Source of the DNA: Thecamonas trahens ATCC 50062
Taxonomy: Eukaryota; Protista; Apusomonadida
Length of the DNA stretch: 64,000 nt
Direction: 5' to 3'
Assembly (NCBI RefSeq): GCF_000142905.1
Contig: NW_013657665.1
Location: 1-64,000 of the forward strand
This document shows, piece after piece, positions 12,303-24,010 of the stretch (the stretch's first letter is position 1; the number at the start of each line of letters is the position of its first letter). The notes under the pieces were generated by a model that was given only the letters and a program-made list of their open reading frames with translations, was not told where the DNA came from and did not search any database. The position numbers and the translations under genes were made by a program.

Positions 12303-13798
12303 TCACAAGACCGGAATGTTGAGGAAAAACGCGAGACAGGCATCGGCCTCGGGGTGGCCGTGGCTTGAGACAGCCCGGATATAGGCGTCGAGGTCGATGC
12401 GCCGCTGCTCAACATTGACGGTGCCAAAGACAACCTTGGGCGGAAAGGGCGGAAGAATGGAGCCGATGGTGGTACGGCGGAGCGACTCGTGGAGGGCGAG
12501 AAACTGCGAGTAGCGCCGCTGAAAGGTGCGGCCAGTGGAGAGCTCGATGACGTACTCGACGTGCTTCTTGCCGTCCACAACAACGTTAACGGCGCGCGGG
12601 ACAGCGGCGGTGACCGAGGTGACCGACGGGGCGCCCGGCGACGTGCCGCGCCCGGAAGCCATGACAGTCAGCATCTCCTCGTTCTGCTTGGTGGCAATCT
12701 TGGCCTCGTGCTCGAGCTTCTTGACCTTTTTCTTGAGCTTGAGCAGCGCGCCGGTCTGCTGCATGATCACCTTGTCGCGCTTCTTGACCTCGAGCTGCAG
12801 CGCCTCAGCGACGGCGGCCTCCTCGTCGAGCCTGCGCTCGAGAGCGGCGATTTGCTCCTGCTGCGCCGCGACAAGGTCGGCGAGCTCAGCCTTGGCTACT
12901 TCAGCCTTGCCTACCATCTGTGACAACGCGTTAAGGTCGTCTTCGACCGAGTACCCCGCCCCGCGCGTGAGCGGCGCGGCGGTTCGCGACGACGCCGATG
13001 CCTTGGCCGCCGCCGCCAGCACACCCGTGCCGAGCTGCAGCTTGGCCGCATCCGCCACACCGGAAATCTGATGGCTGCGGCGCTTCATGGCCGAAGCCCG
13101 CATCGCTTTTCTCTCCTCCAGCTGCGACGCGCTCAGCTTGACCCGTGTGCGGAGCCACTTTTGCCGCCTCACATGCGCCTTGCGCTTGCACTCGGGCATC
13201 CATGTCGAGAGCATAAAGTTGAACGCATACTCCCAGCCCTCGTCATCAGTCACGCCCTCTGCAATGTGCACGTGCCACTCATCGTCCCACGTCCATGACG
13301 AGTCTGTCAGCGGAATGAGCTCTGGATCGTCGCGCGGTGTGCCGTCGACCGTCGACCACATGGGCCTATCTGCCGGATAGAGGAACTTGGACGAGAACGA
13401 CGAGAACATCGTCAATCGTCTGCAGCCCATGCCCATGCCCACGCCCCATGCCCATGTCCCATGTCCCATGCCCACGCCCAGTTCCGCAGCCATGCCCCAC
13501 GACCACATCACCAGCACCGCCGGCACAGATCACCAGCACCGCCCACGCAGATCACCATGAGTCCCACCACCACCACCACCACCATCACCACCATCACCAC
13601 GCTAGCCAAGCCCAAGCATCGTCCTTACCTCTCATTCAGATACACGACCTCTGTGACTCTCTCCCCCCCCTCCCCGTCTCCCTCCCTCTCCTTCCCCTCC
13701 TCAGCAGCACCTGCCACCTCGTCCACCGACTGGCTCACAGACGCCAAGCCCCCACCAGCATCCCCTCCTTCCCGTCTTTGTTCTACCTTGGTAGACAT
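12303..13798 (-). CDS. DysF (dysferlin/Pex24-type) domain + coiled coil + PX domain protein; exons 13798-13629 and 13419-12303
   Basis: Spliced EVVYLNERR..FSSKFLYPADRPMWS..WTWDDEW..DDEGWEYA..VRRQKWLRTR is DysF. EYVI..QRRYSQFLALHESL..LPPFPPK..EQRRIDLDAYI is PX. GTAAGG donor and CTGCAG acceptor. Confidence 0.8.
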
Positions 13799-14609
13799 TG
13801 TCCAGCTCACAAAGTCACCGACAGGTCTTCCACCAATCACCTTCCTTCCCCCCCCCCCCCCCCCNNNNNNNNNNNNNNNNNNNNNNNNNNNNNNNNNNNN
13901 NNNNNNNNNNNNNNNNNNNNNNNNNNNNNNNNNNNNNNNNNNNNNNNNNNNNNNNNNNNNNNNNNNNNNNNNNNNNNNNNNNNNNNNNNNNNNNNNNNNN
14001 NNNNNNNNNNNNNNNNNNNNNNNNNNNNNNNNNNNNNNNNNNNNNNNNNNNNNNNNNNNNNNNNNNNNNNNNNNNNNNNNNNNNNNNNNNNNNNNNNNNN
14101 NNNNNNNNNNNNNNNNNNNNNNNNNNNNNNNNNNNNNNNNNNNNNNNNNNNNNNNNNNNNNNNTTCCCCCGCTCCGCCCCCACCCCCCCCCCCCCCCAAC
14201 CCTGGCATGACCACCACCACCACCACCATGCATTATTTTAACGTTCGCCATTGATTAAAATGGTGACGGCTCGGTGACGACCAGTGACAGCTGCTGGTCT
14301 TTCATGCCCATTCGATGGAAAGAGCATTTTTTGCCACCACAAGGGGGTGCTGCTCCAGGCTGACCTGACCTGCCCGGTCCTTCCCTCCCGGTCCCCCGCC
14401 CAATCCCTCTCCGCCCTTCCCTCTCTCCCTCTCCTTGACCTCGACTTGCTGCCCATCATCAATATGGTCATGCACTTGGTCTCTACCTCCATCTTTGCCA
14501 ATACTGGTTCGGCTGCTCCCTTGTACTCGCCTATGTCGTCTCCGGTCTGTGGGCTCACCTCCCCCCCCTCCCCCCCCCCCCACTCCTGTGGCGTGTGTGA
14601 CGACAACAG

Positions 14610-16255
14610 TCAGAACAAGGTCATGAACTACTCAGAGATCCAGGTCAAGGTTCGTGAGGCGACAAACAACGAAAAGTGGGGCGCATCAGGATCGCTCATG
14701 TCGGACATTGCCGCTGCTACCCATGACTACACTCAGTATCGTGAGCTGATGGAGACGCTGTGGAAGCGGCTGGATGCCGATGGCAAGAATTGGCGCCATG
14801 TCTACAAGGGCCTCCAGCTGCTGCAGTACCTCATCATCAACGGCTCGCCGAGGGTCATTGACGACGCTCACGACTCCATCTCCCGCATTCGCACTCTGGC
14901 CAAGTTCCAGCACGTCGACGACGAGGGCGTCGACCAGGGCGCAAACGTTCGCCATCGCGCAAAGGACATTGTCGACCTACTCAACGACACTTCCCGCCTC
15001 CGTGCCGAGCGCAAGAAGGCCCGTGAGAACAAGAAGAAGTACTCGGTCGCCCTCTCCTCCTCGGGCGGCCTCTCGTCTGCAAGGGCTCGGCGCGCTACGG
15101 CCGCTCCTCCGGTGACCGCTCCGGCGACCGCTCCGGCGACCGTTCGGACGACGCTCACTACACCAGCTCTCGATACTCGGACGACCGCTCCGCTCCCCGC
15201 CCCCGCCACGACGACTCTGACAGCACCCGCTCGCGCCCGCGTGCCCCGTCAGGCGACTCCGCCGCCGGTTGCCGCCCCGGCCCCAGTCGCTGCCCCGGCC
15301 CCGCTCGGTGGTCCGGCTCCGGCCGCCGCCCCGGCCCGCGCCGGCCCGCGCCGCCAACCTCATCGACTTTTCTGCCGCACCTGCGCCTGCGCCTGCGCCT
15401 GCCCCGGCCCCGGCCCCGGCTGCCGCCCCGGCTGCCTTTGGCGACTTTGCCGCCGCCTTTCCCACTCCTGCCGCTGCTCCACCCGCACCTGCACCAGCCA
15501 CCTTTGCCGCCGCCTTCCCAACATCGGCCGCAACACCTGCTCCGGCACCGGCCGCTGCTGCGCCGTTCGGTGACTTTGCCGGCGCCTTCCCGACACCGGC
15601 CACAGCACCTGCTCCGGCACCCGCCGCTGCTGCGCCGTTCGGTGACTTTGCCGCCGCCTTTCCGACGCCGGCGGCCGCGCCCACTCCGGCAGCCGCGCCT
15701 ACCCCGGCGGCTGCGCCCGCCCTCGGCCCCCCGCTGCTGGGCTCGGGCTCGGGCGGAGGCCTGCTCGACTTTGGCGGAAGTGCCGCGCCCACCTCGACGG
15801 CCGCGCCCGCCGCCCCGGCCCAGGCCGCCGTCCCCAAGGCCAACGTTGACCCGAACGACCTCTGGGCTGCCGTCTCGCTCGACTTTGTCAACGACGCCGC
15901 GCCCAAGCAGGCGCCCAAGCCGTCCAAGTCGCTCGACGGCTCCATCCAGGCCATTGACACTCGCGAGGTCAAGACCGCCGACGGCTCGGGCGGACCCAAC
16001 TACTTTGTCAACGTCCCGCAGACCACCGCCCGCACCCCGGCCTTCGGCGGCCTCGGCGCAGGCTATGCCGGTCGCCCGGCCCAGCAAGCACCTGCACCCG
16101 CGGGCTTTGGCGCCTTTGGCGCCCAGACAACTGCGCCCGCGCCAACTGGCTTTGGCGCATTTGGCGCGCCCGGTACCAACCCGGCACCGGGCATCGGCCA
16201 GCAGGGCTTTGGCGGCGTCAAGCCGTACTCGCAGCCTGGCGTTTTCTGGCAATGA
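14610..16255 (+). CDS. ENTH-domain clathrin adaptor, epsinR/CLINT1-like; 5' exon not located; frameshifts between 15080 and 15350
   Basis: VMNYSEIQVKVREATNNEKWG...KNWRHVYKGLQLLQYLIINGS...DQGANVRHRAK is ENTH. The tail carries LIDF/LLDF clathrin boxes and repeated FGDF motifs in another frame. Confidence 0.85.
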
Positions 16256-16271
16256 ATAATACACTGACCTT

Positions 16272-17219
16272 TTACCGTGGCACATCGTGTGGCCGTGCAT
16301 TGTACGCCGCGTGCGCCGCCTCGAGCACAGACCCGCGCTGCAGCAGCAAGCCAAGCGTTGCCTGCTGGTAGTACTCGTCGCCAAACGCCGCAAGGTTGCC
16401 GATGACGTCGTCCAGGAGGTGCGCCCGCCCCAGCGAGGCGTCGGCAATATCGCACTTGACATGCGTGATGTGGACGTGAAAGTGAAAGTAGGACGGCACG
16501 TAGTGCACAAACGCCTGCAGCTCGCTCACTGGCACCCCATAGTGCGCCGCCACCGCCGCCTTGCCTGGCCCGGCAATGTTGCGCAGCAGTGGAAGATGCT
16601 CCGCCCGCAGCGATCGCAGCGTCCGGATCCCACGCCGGTGCGGGAGGACTACCACATACAACTGCTCGGCATTCGCCCCGTCCCACTTGAGGTCAGGGAG
16701 GAGCACAAAGCCAGTGTCGACGTCGTCGTCGGCAAAGATGACCCGATCCGCCTCGGCCTTGCCCTCGAGGATGTTGTAAACCCACGCCAGCGCATCTTCG
16801 CCAACCGAAGCCACATATGCCTCGGTCACCAGTCGCGCCGCCTCGCCGGTCTCGCTGATCATCACCATCTCTGCGGCAGTGTACTTGGCGACGTGCTTGT
16901 CAGACGCTGGGCAGATGACATCCACGTTGACTCCGCCGATGGCACCAGCATCGTCCTCGCCACGACACACACCATCATACTTGGCATACACATCGTTCTG
17001 CAGCGTGCACCCAAGCTTCATCTCGCCGCTCGCCCACTTGCTCAGCTCGGCAAGTTCCGAGCACGGCAGATGCTTCTTGGTGACGCGGACAACTGCCCGC
17101 TCGCCCGCCAGCTCGCCCTCCAACGCCACATACTTACTCTTCTCAGAGCTGGCCAGCACTCGCTTGGCCTTGAACTCTGCCAGACTCTCCAACGACGCCA
17201 GCTCGGGCCTCGCCGACAT
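16272..17219 (-). CDS. DCPS: Scavenger mRNA decapping enzyme (m7GpppX diphosphatase)
   Basis: NDVY, VICPASDKHVAKY, WVYNILEGKAE, GFVLLPDLKWD, HIT motif HYVPSYFHFHVH, and RAHLLDDVI. Confidence 0.93.
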   Translation of the reverse strand: MSARPELASLESLAEFKAKRVLASSEKSKYVALEGELAGERAVVRVTKKHLPCSELAELSKWASGEMKLGCTLQNDVYAKYDGVCRGEDDAGAIGGVNVDVICPASDKHVAKYTAAEMVMISETGEAARLVTEAYVASVGEDALAWVYNILEGKAEADRVIFADDDVDTGFVLLPDLKWDGANAEQLYVVVLPHRRGIRTLRSLRAEHLPLLRNIAGPGKAAVAAHYGVPVSELQAFVHYVPSYFHFHVHITHVKCDIADASLGRAHLLDDVIGNLAAFGDEYYQQATLGLLLQRGSVLEAAHAAYNARPHDVPR

Positions 17220-17368
17220 GTTGTTTCACTTGGCCTCTCGGATGGAGATGAGTGTCGGCCGAGACCCAACCAAGGTCCGGCCAATGCCCGTGTCCGAGCC
17301 GAGGCTGTCGCCTGCACCACCGCCATCACAAACGCACGCGCACAACCACATGTTAATCACTGACCTTG

Positions 17369-18613
17369 TTACACTTGGATGTATGAAGAGTTGTCATCTG
17401 AAGACGTTGAGGTGACCGAGCGGCGGCGGCGACGGCTGCCGGTAAACTCTTGCTCAAAAGTGGCCAGGTCCGAGTAGTAGTTGCGGACGAGCACGACGCA
17501 GGGAATGATCAGGATGGCGAGGACGGCGATGCTGATGACCGTCACAATTCCGTTCTCGTTGCGGAGCGAGTCTTGCGAGACAGAGTCGTCAGAGTAGTAC
17601 ACGTAGTACACACCGACATTGACCACAAAGATAGCAACGGTAAGGCCGACCATGAGCCAGAACACAAGCTTGGCACGGCTCGCCTTGGCGCGCGCTGTCG
17701 TCGCCGAAAGCAGGATGCAGCTGGTGACCAGCATGCCGAGGCCAACGGCAATCGCGCCTACGCCGACCACCCACGACATCGTCTCGTCCTGCCCGTCCTT
17801 GGTCGCCACCAGCGGCATGTCAAACGGCAGCACAATCCAGATCGCCGCCACAATGGCAGCAGCCGCCAGCAACATCCACCACAGCGCCGTGGCACGCATC
17901 GAGCCTACCGCCGGCCGCCGATCAGGCCGGTACTTTTCCCGCACTCGCTGCGCTTCGGCCCGCAGCGCGTGCATGCCGTCCGACGACAGCGACGCGACGT
18001 CGTCGACAAGCTTGCGGTCGATGACCACCACGTCCACCTTGTCCACCTCTTGGTCGGTCGTCGACGGCTCTGACTCGCCTGTCTGCCTCGCCTTGGCTTT
18101 CTTCTTAGCCCGGGCCTTGGCCTTGGCCTTGGCCTTCTTCCTCCGCGACCGGCTGCTCTCCAGCAACGGCACCGCGCCGTCGCTCTCATCATCAGCATGG
18201 ATGATAAGGGCCACCTTTTCTTCCTTGTCATGCGTCGCCACCTCGCAGATCTCGTCGACAGTTCGATTGAGTGCATCCAACTCTAGTCCGGAAGGACTCT
18301 TTCCCAGCACTGGAACTCTCTCCGCGCCGTTCTTGCCCGAGCCAGCCTTGATCCCGGCCATCATCACACCGCCAGCATCATCGTCATAGTACGCGTACTC
18401 GTAGCCGGACTCTTCGTCACTATCACCATCGTCATCACTGCTATCGTCGTTGCTCTTGTACTCGTACTCGTACTCGTAATCGCCACTCTCCTCGGAATCA
18501 GCATCGGTATCATCATTCCCAGTCTCAGTCTCATCAGTCCCCGTCTCGGTCTCCGTCTCCGACTCGGACATGCTCTCGTACTCGTACTCGTACTTGTAGT
18601 CACCAGACGACAT
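17369..18613 (-). CDS. Four-transmembrane protein with Tyr/Glu/Asp-rich N-terminus
   Basis: Uninterrupted ORF with four hydrophobic segments in the C-terminal half and YEYEYEY repeats at the N-terminus. Confidence 0.7.
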   Translation of the reverse strand: MSSGDYKYEYEYESMSESETETETGTDETETGNDDTDADSEESGDYEYEYEYKSNDDSSDDDGDSDEESGYEYAYYDDDAGGVMMAGIKAGSGKNGAERVPVLGKSPSGLELDALNRTVDEICEVATHDKEEKVALIIHADDESDGAVPLLESSRSRRKKAKAKAKARAKKKAKARQTGESEPSTTDQEVDKVDVVVIDRKLVDDVASLSSDGMHALRAEAQRVREKYRPDRRPAVGSMRATALWWMLLAAAAIVAAIWIVLPFDMPLVATKDGQDETMSWVVGVGAIAVGLGMLVTSCILLSATTARAKASRAKLVFWLMVGLTVAIFVVNVGVYYVYYSDDSVSQDSLRNENGIVTVISIAVLAILIIPCVVLVRNYYSDLATFEQEFTGSRRRRRSVTSTSSDDNSSYIQV

Positions 18614-18882
18614 GCTTGCAACCACAACCACAAGCTACTTGCTTGAACAAGCAAGGTACGGCTGATAGGCAAAGAGGTGCAACACCAAGAGTGGGGGCGG
18701 GGGAGGTGTGCGTGTGCGTGTGTGGGTGTGTGGGTGTGGTAGGTGGGTGGGTGTGGCGGGAAACGAGCACAGTGCCACCAACCAAAGTCGGGCGATTGTT
18801 CGTTGGTGGTTGATTCGTCGCCAGCGTGGGTTCGCGTTGTTCGTTTGAGAATACTATTTACTTCCCACAAAACGAGAAACAG

Positions 18883-21800
18883 TTACCGCCGCGGAACAGG
18901 GGCAGGGCGGGCGGTGGTGGTTTCGTTGGCGATCTTCTTGAGATAGGACATGGGGAAGATGCCAGTGGCGCCAGTGGCAATCATATTGCCCGAGCCCCAT
19001 CCGTCATCGTACTGCTCTTTGACTAGGAGCCGGTCGCCGACGGTGAATGAGAGCTCGTCCGACTCGCGGCCCGCAAATGCGTAGATGGCCTCCCAGGTCT
19101 CGCCCTCCGCGGGCCTGACCGGCGCTGGCGGCGAATCAGCCGTGATCGCAGCAAAGCCGACCGGGCCTGGTGTGGCGAGCTCAAACTCCATGTCGTTGCC
19201 AGCAATGGTGCTGGTGTCGTCGTAGGTGCCAAAGTTCATAGCAGCCCTCTTGTTGGACCGCCGCCTCCACACGGTGGCGATGGCGACGGTGAGGAGGCAG
19301 CACGCAGCGAGGCCGGTGCCGACTGCAATCAGGAGCCACGGCTTGTCCTTGGCGTTGGCGATCGAGATCGGCGACGACGGCGCCGCCCGCCCGGTGTTGA
19401 TGTCACGGGCCACGACTTCAAAGTCGACGCTTGCCACGCCCGGCGCCCGGAAGACCGAGATGAAGAGCAGGCCAGAACGGGTCGAGTTGATGACAAACGA
19501 CTGCTCCTCGAGCTCGGGCGCTTCCGACCGGTACTCGTGGATGACGAGACCCTCGGCCTTGGCAGGAATTTCCGAGAACGAGCCGTAGAGGAAGACGTCC
19601 GACGTGGCCCGGGTGCTCGCCCCGTTTGCTCCGCGGGTCGGTCGGACCGAAACGACAATGTCGACGCCGCCCTGGACCACCAGCGAGTACGCCCGACCCT
19701 CGCGCGTGCTTTCAAGCGCGTGCGAGAGGGCAAAGCCGAGGTTGAGAGGGTCCGGCCCGATCGAGCACGACGGGTCCGAATCCCAGCCAAAGGTGCACTC
19801 GCAGACCGAGTGGCAGCAGAGCCCGTTGAGCCCGCACCCACCTGGACAGCTGTTCTCGCCCTCGCACACCGCGTCGATCCCGTTGCATGCATCGTTGATG
19901 GTGCAGTCCTGCTGGTCGTCGCAGCTCGTGCCTGCAGGCGCTGGGTCGTTGTGGCACACCTCGTCGCCGCCGCACGTGTCGATGGTGCAGTCGAGCCCAT
20001 CGTCGCACTGTGCGTCGGTGAGGCAGCAGAACGGCTGCGTAGTGCACGTTCCGCCACCGTCGCACAGCCCGTTGCACGTCGGCGTCGAGCACACCTGGGT
20101 CGTCGGCTCAAACTGGCATCCGGATGAGCAGCAGTCGCCGTTGTCCGTGTTCCCGTCGTCACACTGCTCGCCAGCCTCCAGGATGCCGTCGCCGCAGGTG
20201 AAGAGGCACCCGGCCGGGTTCGACCCGACGCATGCGTTCGGCCCGCTTCCGTCACAGGTATCGCTGGTGCCGTCACATGCAAAACCGTTGTCACACGAGG
20301 TGCCTGGCGGGAGGAAGGTGTCAGCCGGACAATCGTCCGAGCTCGCACTGCACACCTCGGGCTGGTCGCACAGATTGCCAGCTGCTGAGCGGCAGACCTC
20401 GCCGGCCCGCCTCGCGTTGGCCGGACACGCGCCCGAGCTGCCAGTGCACCGCTCCTCGACGTCGCACACGCCGGCGACCGGGCGGCACACTGTAGCCGAC
20501 GACTTGAATCCGTCGGCAGGGCACGCCGCCGAGTTGCCCGGGCAAGTCTCGGCGTTGTCGCACGGCCCGGCTGCAGCCCGGCAGACATACGACGACGGCC
20601 GGAAGCCGTCGGCAGGACACGCCGCCGCGTTGCCAGGGCAGGTTTCAGCCACGTCGCATCCACCGGCAGTAGGCCGGCACACATGCGACGACGGCCGGAA
20701 TCCATCGGCCGGGCAGCTCGCCGAGTTGCCAGGGCACGTCTCGACCACATCGCACGGACCGCCCGACGCCCGGCACACTGTTGCCGAACTGCGGAAGCTG
20801 TCGACCGGGCAGCTCGCCGAGCCACCGGTACAGGTCTCCGCGACATCGCAAAGCCCGGCCGACGCGCGGCAGACAACCGAGTTTGGCTGGAAGCTGTCTG
20901 CCGGGCACGCCGCCGACGAGCCGGTGCAAGTCTCGGCCACGTCGCACACGCCTGCCGACGCGCGGCAGGTGAACGACGACGGACGGAAGCTATCTACCGG
21001 GCACGCCGCCGACGAGCCGGTGCAAGTCTCGGCTAGGTCGCAAGCGCCCACCGACGGGCGACAGACAGTCGCCGACAACGCGAGGCTGTCTGTTGGGCAA
21101 GTCGGCGACGAGCCGGTGCAGGTCTCGGCCACGTCGCACGGCCCAGCCGCCGGGCGGCAGACCGTTGACGAGCTCTCGAGCTCGCAAGTCGACGAGCAGC
21201 AGTCGCCGTTGACCAGGTTGCCGTCGTCGCACTGTTCGCCGGCCTCGACCACACCGTTGCCACACGCACACGTCGTCGGACCAGAGCATGTTCCGGCCCG
21301 TCGCATGTGTCTGGCGACGAGCACACGTCACCGTCGTTACACGAGGTGCCGGCTGGCGCAAAGCCGTCGGCCGGGCAGGACGCTGACGAGCCGGAGCAAG
21401 TCTCGGCCACGTCGCATGTGCCCGCTGATGCGCGGCAGACTTGCGAGGACGGCCGGAAGCTGTTGGCCGGGCAGGAAGCCGATGAGCCAGTGCAGGTCTC
21501 AGCCACATCACACACGCCTGTTGAGGCGCGGCAGACGTACGAGGACGAGCGGAAGCTGTTGGCCGGGCAGGAAGCCGACGAGCCAGTGCAAGTCTCAGCC
21601 ACATCACACACGCCTGTTGAGGCGCGGCAGACGTACGAGGACGAGCGGAAGCTGTTGGCCGGGCAGGAAGCCGACGAGCCAGTGCAAGTCTCAGCCACAT
21701 CACACACGCCTGTTGAGGCGCGGCAGACGTACGAGGACGAGCGGAAGCTGTTGGCCGGGCAGGAAGCCGACGAGCCAGTGCAGGTCTCAGCCACATCACA

Positions 21801-24010
21801 CACGCCTGTTGAGGCGCGGCAGACGTACGAGGACGAGCGGAAGCTGTTGGCCGGGCAGGAAGCCGATGAGCCAGTGCAGGTCTCAGCCACATCACACACG
21901 CCTGTTGACGCGCGGCAGACAACCGAGTTCGACCGGAAGCCATTGGCCGGGCAGCTTGCTGACGAGCCAGTGCAGGTCTCGGCCACATCGCACACGCCCG
22001 CCGACGCGCGGCAGGTGTACGACGACGGCCGGAAGCCATTCGCAGGGCAGCTCGTGGAAACGCCGTTGCAGGTCTCGGCCACGTCGCACGGACCGGTCGA
22101 TGCGCGGCAAGTTGTGCCCGCCGTCGCCACAGCATTGGCCGGGCAGCCGGCTGACGAGCCAGTGCAGGTCTCAGCCACATCGCAAACACCGACCGCCGAC
22201 CGACAGGTGTACGACGACGGACGGAACTGGCACGCCGAGGTGCAGCAGGCCTGCGACGGCGGGTCGCACTGCTCGCCGGCCTCAACAATCGAGTTGCCGC
22301 ACGAGGCACCCGAGCCCGACGGCGGGCCAGAGTAAAGGATGCGGTACTCGCCGAGCGAGCCGTAGTCGGTGTATCCGGTTCCGGTGGGGGAGCCCTTGCC
22401 GACGCCGTCGACACGGAGGTAGTAAGTAGTGCCGGCAACGCCCGAGTATGTGACGACGGCCTTGACATCGGATGCAGGGTTGACGGTAGAAACGAGTGAA
22501 GAGCCGGCGTACAGCCGGGCCTCGATGTCGAGGTTGTAGTAGTTGGCCGACGCCGGCTCGACGGTAAAGGTCATCGAGCCCGACGAGCCAATGGTGATCT
22601 TGAAGTAGTCGACGTCGGTGCGGGTCGAGATGAAACCAGATCCGGCCGGGGTTGAGCCGTCGTTGAGGGTTGTGCCCGAAGTCCGCGAGTTGGAGTGGTC
22701 ATCGGCGCGGAAGCCAAAGCCGTTCGAAGAGCCACCCACGATGGCGAGGTCATCCTGCTGCTGACTGGCGTCAGCATACTCACCGCGTGACCACTGCACA
22801 AGGTCCTGGTAGTAGCCGACGCCCATGATGGGGGCCCAGCCGGTGATGCCCGAGCCATGGCCGGTGTAGTAGCCGGCCGACGAGGTGCCATCGTGGGAGA
22901 GACCCATGTTATGGCCGACCTCGTGCGAGCCAGCCTCGCCACAGAACATGGCGTTGCCTGATCCGAGGCGCCTGGTGAAGACCCACGACGGCTGGTAGTT
23001 CTGGTTGGACCGCGAGAAGACGCCGACGTAGGCGACGCCGCCGGCGTTCGGTACCACGCGTCGGTGATGGTAAAGACGCAGCGGACACGGCGGGACTCGG
23101 AGACGGCGTTGTAGACGGCAACGTTGGTGGTGACGGTGATCTCGAATGGCGCGTAGTCTTCGGCCATAAGCTCCCAGATCTGCGAGATGCGGGCGAGCTC
23201 GGTCGACGAGAACGAGTTTGTGTTGGAGTCGATGTCGTACGGACCGGCAACAATGCTTCCCCACGCCGAGCCGGACGCGTCGTGTCCGTCAAAGTCGAGA
23301 AAGATGACGTACGGCGAGCCGGGCTTGGAGTTGTGGAGCGGCGGGTTGAGGACGCGGGTGGCGATGGTGTCGCGTGCCGGGTCGTAGTCGTCGTTCGGGT
23401 CCTCCGCCGCCAGTGCCGTCTCGCGGCAGATGTGCTCATCAATGTGGATGCGCCGGAGAAGAACATGGCCGTCGACGCCATCAGCCTGGGTCTCCCACCG
23501 GAACGCAGTGTCGTGGTCAAAGAGCGAGAGCTCGCCAAAGACGTGCTCGCCCGAGTTGGTGATGTGGAGGGAGAACCGCCCGCCAGAAGCAAAATGCGAC
23601 GGCGAGCCGGCGAGACGGTCCTCAGCAGTCAGCGGTGCGTCCGGCGAGTCGACAACCCGCCCGATAATCATCAGCTCAGAGCCGTCGTCCGAGTGGCTCA
23701 CCGAGACTGCACGGCCGTAGACCGGGCCGAGCTCGGGCGCCACTTCGGCCGAGAGCACCTCGAGTACAGGGATCTCGTGGAGGAGCAGGTTGGTGTTCCG
23801 CATATCCGGATGAACGTGCACCTTGTGCACCGTCCGCGGCAGCTGGCTCGGGTCAGCAAACCGTGCAGCCACAGGATGCGCATCGTGGTGCGGCGACGAC
23901 GTGTCGTGGTCAGCCACCTTTGTCGCTGCAGGGAAGAGCGGCAGAACGTCAGCAGTGGCAACAGCCACCATACACACAGCCACCAAGAGTAGCATACGCA
24001 TACGGTACAT
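18883..24010 (-). CDS. Type I membrane metzincin metalloprotease with PPC-like domain, DUF4215-type Cys repeats, 18 disintegrin-like repeats, EGF-like module, TM and cytoplasmic SH3; frameshifts at ~23050 and ~21298
   Basis: Signal peptide; [11 protein letters not shown] zinc motif with APIMG Met-turn; three CG(N/D)..(V/L)EAGEQCD modules; [20 protein letters not shown] repeats; [26 protein letters not shown]; SH3 [34 protein letters not shown]. Three ORFs join by single-base additions. Confidence 0.85.
21440..21930 (-). repeat. Near-identical 96-bp coding tandem repeat (about 5 copies) within the disintegrin-like array
   Basis: [32 protein letters not shown] occurs four times identically, plus one variant; the DNA copies are nearly identical. 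Confidence 0.9.

Noticed and set aside
21440-21930. Regular direct repeats resembling a CRISPR array (also 26140-26300)
   Set aside because: Contiguous tandem units with no unique spacers, periods divisible by 3, eukaryotic context and no cas genes.
19604-22468. Long alternative-frame and antisense ORFs (941 aa, 515 aa, 492 aa, 342 aa)
   Set aside because: Shadows of the GC-rich Cys-repeat gene on the minus strand; no independent motifs.
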